Below are positions 57,363 to 64,000 of a stretch of 64,000 nt of DNA, one piece after another. The position numbers and the translations under genes are program-made. The stretch covers positions 224,001 through 288,000 of the forward strand of contig CAWCMR010000015.1 of the NCBI GenBank assembly GCA_963796685.1, given 5' to 3'. Source of the DNA: an uncultured delta proteobacterium. Lineage in GTDB: Bacteria > Myxococcota_A > Polyangia > Fen-1088. Each line of letters starts with the position of its first letter. The stretch's first letter is position 1. The notes under the pieces are model-generated. The model had not been told where the DNA came from. It saw only the letters and a program-made list of their open reading frames with translations, and ran no database searches.

Positions 57363-59087
57363 ATGATGAATCATCGGCGTTTTCCTTCCCACGACCTGAG
57401 TCTGGTACTGGCGCTCGGATGCGCCTTGGCCATCGGGGGCTTGGCATGTGCTGGCACGCGAGCCAGCGACGGTGGCGGCGGGGACGGAGGCACAACCGGC
57501 CAGGGTGGGGCTGGCGGCACCGGTGGTGATACCTCGGTCGGCGGCGGGCATGGAGGCGAGGGTGGGGGCGGGGGCTCGTCGGTGGGCGGTTCGGGTGGCA
57601 GCACCACCATCCCAACCATCGCGTGCACCACGGACGCCGAGTGCGCCTCGGACAGCCTGTTCTGCGAGCCGGCCACGAAGCTATGCGTGCGGTGTGTAAA
57701 GAGCGCGGATTGTGCGTCGGGCGGGCACTGCCTTGGCAATGCCTGTGTTTCCGTGGCGGCATGCAACAGCACCCGCGATTGCGGCGGGGATCGAGTTTGC
57801 GATCCGGGTCGCGGCGTCTGCGTCCAGTGCACGACGAACAACGACTGTTCCAGTGGGCAGACGTGCATCTCCAATCAATGCATCGCGGGTTGCCAGCAAT
57901 CCAGCGACTGCGGCGCGGGCAAGGTGTGCGACACCGCCGCCAGCAAGTGCGTGCAGTGTGCGGCTGACAGCGATTGCGACGCCAGCACCCAGCACTGCGT
58001 CCAAAACACTTGCCGAACCACGTGCGACTCGGACAAGACCTGTGCGCCGCAAGACATGCTGTGCGACATGGCCAACTCGGACTGCGTGATGTGCAAGACC
58101 GACTCGGATTGTCCGGCCTCCTCGTTCTGCGACGCCGGAACCTGCAAGGCCGACCTGTGCGACGCAACCCAGGCCATGTGCCTCGGCACCAGCCTGGTGC
58201 CGTGCACGGCCAATGGCAACGGCTGGGGGCCGGTCTCGAATTGCCCCGCCGACAAGCCATGCACGGCCTACGGCAGCGTCGCGAGCTGCGGCGGTTCGTC
58301 GGACGGCGGCGTGCTGCCGCCCATCGATGGCGGCCAAACCGGCGACGGACCGATCGGAGCCTGCACCACGGCGACCCTGAATCCGTGTACGACCATCTCC
58401 AAGTTGACCGGGACGCAAACGCTGGATGGCAAGGATGACGATCTTTGCCAGGTGCCGTCCTTCCAGTTCAGCGCGACCAACGCGGCCAAGGTGAACAACT
58501 ACAACAACGTTCCGCTCACCCAGTTCGAGACCGTCACGGGTCGCGTGGCCTGGTCCTCGGCCGGTTTCAGCGCGTTCTTCGATGTCGCGGATACCAGCGT
58601 TCAGACCGTGAACATGGCCGACCCGAGCCAGGCCATCAGCAAGACCTACCAGGGCGACTCCCTCGAGATCATGATCTCGTCGAACAACAACGTGACCGGA
58701 CTGACCGGCACCGACAACAACGCGCTTCACGTCATCATTCCGGCCAACGGCCCGGCCGTGTCGGTGAAGACCAGCAACAACGGCGGCTCCAGCTCGGGGA
58801 CGCCGACGGCGCTTCCCGCGGGCCAATACAAGCAGGCCGTCACCAGCACCGGCTACGCCATCGAGGTCCAGCTACCCTGGCCGGGCGGTGCTCCCAATTC
58901 CGGAACGCAGGTTCGCTTCGATCTGGCCTTGAACAGCGCCGATAGCACCTTCGGCTCCATCGATGACATGCGCGACGGCCAGTTGTCCTATTACGTGGGA
59001 ACCGTCGGCGGCACCTCGACCTGTCAGGGCACCGACACCGTGCCTTTCTGCGATGACCGCGCCTGGTGCACGACCTCGTTGCAATAG
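57363..59087 (+). CDS. Lipoprotein with Gly linker, Cys-rich repeats and a C-terminal CBM9/DOMON-like domain
   Basis: GLAC lipobox; repeated CxxxxDC...C...C.VQC units; LDG.DD, W....F..FF.V.D, GDSLEI, GY.IE..LPW, FDLA.N.AD. Confidence 0.7.
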   Translation: MMNHRRFPSHDLSLVLALGCALAIGGLACAGTRASDGGGGDGGTTGQGGAGGTGGDTSVGGGHGGEGGGGGSSVGGSGGSTTIPTIACTTDAECASDSLFCEPATKLCVRCVKSADCASGGHCLGNACVSVAACNSTRDCGGDRVCDPGRGVCVQCTTNNDCSSGQTCISNQCIAGCQQSSDCGAGKVCDTAASKCVQCAADSDCDASTQHCVQNTCRTTCDSDKTCAPQDMLCDMANSDCVMCKTDSDCPASSFCDAGTCKADLCDATQAMCLGTSLVPCTANGNGWGPVSNCPADKPCTAYGSVASCGGSSDGGVLPPIDGGQTGDGPIGACTTATLNPCTTISKLTGTQTLDGKDDDLCQVPSFQFSATNAAKVNNYNNVPLTQFETVTGRVAWSSAGFSAFFDVADTSVQTVNMADPSQAISKTYQGDSLEIMISSNNNVTGLTGTDNNALHVIIPANGPAVSVKTSNNGGSSSGTPTALPAGQYKQAVTSTGYAIEVQLPWPGGAPNSGTQVRFDLALNSADSTFGSIDDMRDGQLSYYVGTVGGTSTCQGTDTVPFCDDRAWCTTSLQ

Positions 59088-59101
59088 GGCGAAAAGAACA
59101 C

Positions 59102-60070
59102 CTACGGGGTGCCGTAGACCGCGCTGAACAGCGTCTCGGCTGCGTTCAGCATGGCGAGGCCGGGCTCGTCCAGAAGCTCGCCCGGCAGCTCGACGATGCG
59201 GCCCTGACCGCGGCAAGGGGGCGCATGGTTCATGCCAGGATACTTGCACACGCGCTCTGCGGAACCCTCGCGCGTGACGATGATTTCCGGCGCCAACGCC
59301 AGAACCTGTTCGGCCGCGTAGGCCGGCCAATCGCGATAGCCCGCGGCCGCGACGTCGATGAGGCCCGCCGCCACCAGGATGTCGTGGTACGAGGTGCCGA
59401 GCGTGCCTCCCTGCAGATCGGGGCCCAGGGTCGAAAGGTACATGGCGCGAAGGGGCTTGCGCGTTCCCAGGCCGGAGCTGACCCTGCGCATGCGCCAGGT
59501 GAATTCGTGCATGAGCCGCTGCGCGCGCTCGGGCGCTTCGAGGAGCTCGCCCAGGCCCAGGGCCACATAGGACAAACTTCTCTCCCCGCGCAGCTCGCCC
59601 AGATCGAAGACCTCGATGCCGGCGTCGCGCAGGCGTTCCGCGTACCCGGGTGACCCGAAGCTGTTGGTCAGCACGAGATCGGGTTTCAAAGCCACCATGG
59701 CCTCGGCGGGACCAAAACCGTCGACGGTGGTCATGCCCTGGTAGCGGAAACCGTCGCGCTTGCGTTCGGCCGCCGCCCGACTGACGGCGAGGATGCGCGT
59801 GGGCTCGCACAGCTCGAGGAGCAGGTGGTCGGTCACGAGATTGGTCGAGACGATGCGCTGGTAGTGGCGCAGGGAAACCAGGTGGCCGGTGGCGTCGGCG
59901 ATGGCGAAACCTCCGGAACCGAGCCGGACGCGGGGCGGCCCGCCCGCGACGGTCGGGGTGGATGCGCGCACGGGGTGCACGCGTGGACGGACATGCGGCC
60001 AGCCCAGGGACAGCGTGCCCGCCACGGCCAGGAGCAAGGCCGCGCCATTCAAGGCGCTGACCCGGTTCAC
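59102..60070 (-). CDS. Cobalamin/Fe-chelate ABC transporter substrate-binding protein (BtuF-like)
   Basis: RIVSTNL..D.LL.EL, E..VALKPDLVL, E.VLALAPE. GTG start overlaps the ATPase stop. Confidence 0.8.
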   Translation of the reverse strand: MNRVSALNGAALLLAVAGTLSLGWPHVRPRVHPVRASTPTVAGGPPRVRLGSGGFAIADATGHLVSLRHYQRIVSTNLVTDHLLLELCEPTRILAVSRAAAERKRDGFRYQGMTTVDGFGPAEAMVALKPDLVLTNSFGSPGYAERLRDAGIEVFDLGELRGERSLSYVALGLGELLEAPERAQRLMHEFTWRMRRVSSGLGTRKPLRAMYLSTLGPDLQGGTLGTSYHDILVAAGLIDVAAAGYRDWPAYAAEQVLALAPEIIVTREGSAERVCKYPGMNHAPPCRGQGRIVELPGELLDEPGLAMLNAAETLFSAVYGTP

Positions 60071-60843
60071 CGCTCTCGCCCCGCGATCACGCGATACCCG
60101 AAGTGCGCACCCGGAAGGAGATCCACGCCAAAGACCTCGCGTACCGGCGCGGCGGCGATCACCTCGGCCACCGGGCCGACGCACACGGCGCGGCCCTGAC
60201 GAAGAAGCAAGGCCCGGTCGCAGAACTCGCCCACCTCGTCGAGATGGTGCAGGGCCACGATGATGGCGTGCCCGCCTGCGGCGAGCTCACGCAGGCGGTG
60301 GAGCAGGGAAAGCGCGTGGGCGACATCGAGCGCGGCGGTGGGCTCGTCGAGGAGCAGGACGGGGGCGCCCGTCGCCAGGGCCCGGGCCAACAACACGAGA
60401 CGGCGCTCACCGTAGGACAGGCGCGAGAAGGGGCGATCGGCGAGATGGGCAGCCCCGGTCGCTTCCAGGGCGTGGACGACCGCGGCGGCATCGTCGCGAC
60501 TGGCGCGCCCCCAGGCATCGCGATGGGCAAAACGGCCCTGCGTCACCACCTCGCGGGCCAGCATGGGTGCATCGAGGGTCGAGTGCTGCGGGACGTAGGC
60601 CAGGCCTCGCGCGCGCGCTTGGCGCGTGAGCGCGTTGGCCGAATTCCCGTCGAGGAGCATCTCGCCTTCGTAGGGCAGGATTCCCGCCAGGGCCTTCATG
60701 AGCGTGCTCTTGCCCGCGCCGTTGGGGCCGACCAGGGCCAGTACCTCTCCGGCCTCGACCGAGACGGAAATATCGTCGAGCAGACGCCGCGTTCCGCGCA
60801 CCACGCCGAGCTTGTGCGCTTCGAGGCGCGGCGGGCTAGCCAT
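60067..60843 (-). CDS. Fe-chelate/cobalamin ABC transporter ATP-binding protein
   Basis: GPNGAGKST, LSYGERR, LLDEPTAALD, H.L. Confidence 0.9.
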   Translation of the reverse strand: MASPPRLEAHKLGVVRGTRRLLDDISVSVEAGEVLALVGPNGAGKSTLMKALAGILPYEGEMLLDGNSANALTRQARARGLAYVPQHSTLDAPMLAREVVTQGRFAHRDAWGRASRDDAAAVVHALEATGAAHLADRPFSRLSYGERRLVLLARALATGAPVLLLDEPTAALDVAHALSLLHRLRELAAGGHAIIVALHHLDEVGEFCDRALLLRQGRAVCVGPVAEVIAAAPVREVFGVDLLPGAHFGYRVIAGRER

Positions 60844-61816
60844 GCTCGACCTCGCGGTACGAGCGGGCGAGCAGGTAGAGGAACACCGGGGCCCCGATGA
60901 TGCCGGTGACCACGCCCAAGGGCAGCTCGCTGCGACTCGGGAAGACCCGGGCGATGAGGTCGCACAGGACCAGGAAGCTGCCGCCCAGAAGCGCGGCCGC
61001 CGGAATCAGGCGCCGGTGGCGCACGCCCACGATGGGACGCAAGACGTGAGGAACAACCAGGCCGACGAAGGCGATGTTGCCGCCCACGGCGATGGCGGCC
61101 GAGGTCAGCACCGCGACCCAGACCACGGTCCATCGTCGCGCCTGGCCGACCTCGACCCCGAGGGTGCGCGCCTCGTCCTCACCCGAGAGCAACACGTCGA
61201 GCGTCCCGCTCCACGACCAGCAGGCGAACAGCCCGACGAGCACGAAGGGCAGGGCGGCCAGCACCTGGCGCGGTCCCGTTCCACCCACGCCCCCCAAGGT
61301 GAAGGAGACCACGGCGCGGCTCAGATCCCACTGATCCTGGGCCAGGCTGGTGACGAAACCGCCCATGGCGAGAAAGAGCGACGACAGGATGAAGCCGGTC
61401 AGGATGAGCACCAGGGTGCCGGTCCGATCGCGACAGAAGACCATCAGGATGCCGAGCGAGATCCCGGCGCCGACGAAGCAGCCGAGCGGGAGCACCAGCT
61501 CGGACGGGATCGCCGAGCCGGCCGCGCCCCAGGCCAGGGCGAGCAAGGCGAGCTGTCCACCCAGGCTGGCGCCCGCCGTGGTGCCCAGGATGGCCGGGCT
61601 GACGAGAGGGTTGCGAAACATGCCTTGAACCACGACCCCACCCACGGCCAGGGCAGCCCCGGCGAGCAAGGCAGCGGCGACCCGGGTGGCCCGCAGCTCG
61701 AGCAGAGTGTCCCGCAGGGCAGGGTCCCACAGGGTGCCGTGTCCGACGGCAAGCGCCAGCGCCGCGACCGCGACGAGCAGGGCGAGAAGAACCGCGTAGA
61801 CAGTTGCGATTTTCAT
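60836..61816 (-). CDS. FecCD/BtuC family permease
   Basis: LR..R...A.L.GAALA..G...QG.FRNPL..P.ILG, G.I.FVGLVVPH..R, ELPLGVVT...GAP.F. Confidence 0.92.
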   Translation of the reverse strand: MKIATVYAVLLALLVAVAALALAVGHGTLWDPALRDTLLELRATRVAAALLAGAALAVGGVVVQGMFRNPLVSPAILGTTAGASLGGQLALLALAWGAAGSAIPSELVLPLGCFVGAGISLGILMVFCRDRTGTLVLILTGFILSSLFLAMGGFVTSLAQDQWDLSRAVVSFTLGGVGGTGPRQVLAALPFVLVGLFACWSWSGTLDVLLSGEDEARTLGVEVGQARRWTVVWVAVLTSAAIAVGGNIAFVGLVVPHVLRPIVGVRHRRLIPAAALLGGSFLVLCDLIARVFPSRSELPLGVVTGIIGAPVFLYLLARSYREVEHG

Positions 61817-61842
61817 GGCCTGGCCTTGCTCGGAGAGCGGCC

Positions 61843-61872
61843 AAGCTAGTCCGCCGTCCGGGCGGGTGTCAA
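61843..61872 (-). promoter_or_regulatory. Putative sigma70 promoter of the FecCD/BtuCDF-type operon
   Basis: The minus strand reads TTGACA-N18-TAGCTT, about 27 nt upstream of the permease ATG. Confidence 0.45.
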
Positions 61873-61934
61873 GGCAGGCGCCGCCAAGCACGCGTTTTCT
61901 CAGTTTTCCGGATCGGTTCTGTTAATGTCCGGCC

Positions 61935-64000
61935 ATGAGCACCGAGGACGAAAGCAAGTCGGGCGCTGGCCAGGAGATACCGGATGTTCTTCCGCTGCTT
62001 CCGGTCCGAGATCTGGTCGTCTTCCCCTATATGATCGCGCCGCTGCGCGTATCGCGGCCGGTCTCCCTGGAGGCCGTGAATCAGGCCCTGGCCTCCGAGC
62101 ACCGCATGTGCTTCATCGTCGCCCAGCGCGACTCGACCGAGGAGGATCCCAAGCCGGGCTCGCTCTACCGCACCGGGACCGTGGGCATCGTCATGCGCAT
62201 GCGCAAGCTCTCCGACGGTGGCATCAAGATCCTGGTGCAGGGGCTCTGCCGCGCGCGCATCCAGCGTTTCCTTTCCGATGTGCCGAACTACAAGGTTCGG
62301 CTCGACGTCATCGAGGAGGAGCACACGCCGCCCTCGGTGGAGGTCGAGGCCCTTGTGCGAACGGTCAAGCAGAACGTCGAGCGGGTGGCCGAGCTGGGGC
62401 GCACCGTGCAGCCGGAGCTGGCGCTGGTGCTGCAGAACGTGGACGAGCCTGGGCGCATGTCCGATCTGGTCGCTTCCAATCTCACGCTCAAGCTGGCCGA
62501 TGCGCAGGCCATCCTCGAGACCGAGGATCCGGTGGCTCGGCTCTCCAAGGTCAACCAGTCCCTGGAAAACGAAATCGGCATCTTGGAGATGCAGAATCGT
62601 ATCCAGAGCAAGGCCAAGGAGGAGATGTCCAAGACCCAGCGCGACTACTACTTGCGCGAGCAGTTGCGCCAGATCAGGCACGAGCTGGGCGACGACAATT
62701 CCTTCCGCGACGAGGTCGAGGAGGTTCGGCACAAGATCGAGGCGGCGGGCTTGCCCGCGGAGGCGCGCGCCGAGGCCGACAAACAGGTGCGGCGGCTCGA
62801 ACAGATGAGCTCGGAAAGCGCCGAGGCCGCGGTGGTGCGAAGTTACCTCGACCTGGTGGTGGAGTTGCCGTGGAAAGAGCCCGAGGCTTCGTCCGTGGAT
62901 CTGGCAGCGGCGCGCGCGGTGCTCGACGAAGATCACTACGATCTCGAGCACGTGAAGGAACGAATCCTGGACTATCTGGCCGTGTACAAGCTGCGCAAGG
63001 ATGGCCGGGGGCCGATCCTTTGCTTCCTCGGGCCTCCCGGCGTCGGCAAGACCTCGCTCGGCCGCTCCATCGCCCGTGCGCTGGGGCGCAAGTTCGTGCG
63101 TATCTCCCTGGGCGGCGTTCGTGACGAGGCCGAGATCCGCGGACACCGAAGGACGTACGTGGGCGCCCTGCCGGGACGCATTCTGCAGGGGCTCAAGACC
63201 GCGGGCGCCAGAAATCCGATCTTCATGCTCGATGAGGTGGACAAGCTCGGTTCGGACTATCGCGGTGACCCGTCGGCAGCGTTGCTCGAGGTCCTGGATC
63301 CCGAGCAGAACCACACCTTCCGCGACCACTACCTGGGTGTGCCCTACGATCTGTCGAAGGTGCTGTTCATCGCGACCGCCAACCTGGCGGACACCATTCC
63401 TGCTCCGCTGCGCGACCGCATGGAGACCCTGCGCCTTGCCGGCTACAGCGAAGAGGAGAAGCTGGCCATCGCCGAGCGGTACCTTCTGCCCAAGCAGATT
63501 CGCGAGGCCGGGCTCTCCGACAAGGACTTGTCGATCGGCAGACCGGTGTTGCGCAAGGTGATCGCCGAGTACACGCGCGAAGCGGGCTTGCGCGACCTGG
63601 AGAGACAGGTGGCGCAGCTTGCCCGCAAGACGGCCCGGCGGATCGTCGAGAAGGGCGGGTCGGCGGATGCAAGAGGCAAAGCCAAGCGCGCCGCACCTCT
63701 CGGGTTGGACGACTTGGCCAAGTTCCTGGGGCCGCCCAAGTTCATCCCCGACGAGCGACAGCGCGTGGATGAGGTTGGCATCGCCAGCGGGCTGGCGTGG
63801 ACCCAGGCCGGCGGCGAAGTGCTGCACGTCGAGGCGCAGATCATGGCCGGCAAGGGGACGCTGATTCTGACCGGGCAGCTCGGCGACGTGATGAAGGAAT
63901 CGGCGCAGACGGCCCTTTCCTACGCCCGCGTACAGGCCGGCAACCTCGGTATCGAGGGCGACTTCTTTACCGACCGGCAGATTCACATCCACGTTCCCGC
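61935..64000 (+). CDS. lon: ATP-dependent Lon protease, truncated at the window end
   Basis: Manual translation: MSTEDE...LPLLPVRDLVVFPYMI (LON N-domain), CFLGPPGVGKTS, LGGVRDEAEIRGHRRTYVGALPG, LDEVDK, LTGQLGDVMKESA, IHIHVP. Absent from the ORF track because it has no stop in the window. Confidence 0.95.
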   Translation, partial: MSTEDESKSGAGQEIPDVLPLLPVRDLVVFPYMIAPLRVSRPVSLEAVNQALASEHRMCFIVAQRDSTEEDPKPGSLYRTGTVGIVMRMRKLSDGGIKILVQGLCRARIQRFLSDVPNYKVRLDVIEEEHTPPSVEVEALVRTVKQNVERVAELGRTVQPELALVLQNVDEPGRMSDLVASNLTLKLADAQAILETEDPVARLSKVNQSLENEIGILEMQNRIQSKAKEEMSKTQRDYYLREQLRQIRHELGDDNSFRDEVEEVRHKIEAAGLPAEARAEADKQVRRLEQMSSESAEAAVVRSYLDLVVELPWKEPEASSVDLAAARAVLDEDHYDLEHVKERILDYLAVYKLRKDGRGPILCFLGPPGVGKTSLGRSIARALGRKFVRISLGGVRDEAEIRGHRRTYVGALPGRILQGLKTAGARNPIFMLDEVDKLGSDYRGDPSAALLEVLDPEQNHTFRDHYLGVPYDLSKVLFIATANLADTIPAPLRDRMETLRLAGYSEEEKLAIAERYLLPKQIREAGLSDKDLSIGRPVLRKVIAEYTREAGLRDLERQVAQLARKTARRIVEKGGSADARGKAKRAAPLGLDDLAKFLGPPKFIPDERQRVDEVGIASGLAWTQAGGEVLHVEAQIMAGKGTLILTGQLGDVMKESAQTALSYARVQAGNLGIEGDFFTDRQIHIHVP

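Noticed and set aside
61817-61934. Cobalamin riboswitch upstream of the BtuCDF-like operon
   Set aside because: The intergenic region is only ~118 nt and lacks a recognisable B12 box, so the substrate remains unassigned.

Overview
High-GC bacterial chromosomal window. It is most consistent with a Myxococcota/Polyangia-like organism (inferred from the Gly-rich lipobox lipoproteins, the mevalonate operon and duplicated PhaR-N proteins). The main locus is a ~12 kb co-directional hydrogen island (26.8-38.7 kb): rex, hydC, an unusual hydB fused to a GltD/NfnB-type FAD/NADPH module, hydA ([FeFe]-hydrogenase), a stand-alone receiver, a sensory [FeFe]-hydrogenase-like domain fused to a histidine kinase, a REC-kinase hybrid, a TM1266-like protein and hydG. 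Other content: egtB-egtD directly downstream of a betaine-class ABC transporter (candidate ergothioneine/hercynine transporter); surface lipoproteins with long Gly/Ser/Thr linkers (GH28, CE15, LamG, arylsulfotransferase-like, Cys-rich/CBM9-like); a TetR + heterodimeric ABC exporter with actinobacterial character; leuA with a Leu-rich leader-peptide attenuator; a mevalonate operon (fni-mvk-mvaD-pmk-mvaA); dsbD-like, ygiQ, a BtuCDF/FecBCD-type transporter and lon (truncated by the window edge). Non-coding elements include a CTAG-flanked MITE (one full and one half copy), paired REP-like palindromes and a 17-bp tandem repeat. Six single-base frameshifts occur, most at or next to (G)AGCT(C), which suggests systematic sequencing errors rather than true pseudogenes. 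No rRNA, tRNA or CRISPR array was recognised. All family calls are from motif recognition by eye, without database searches.
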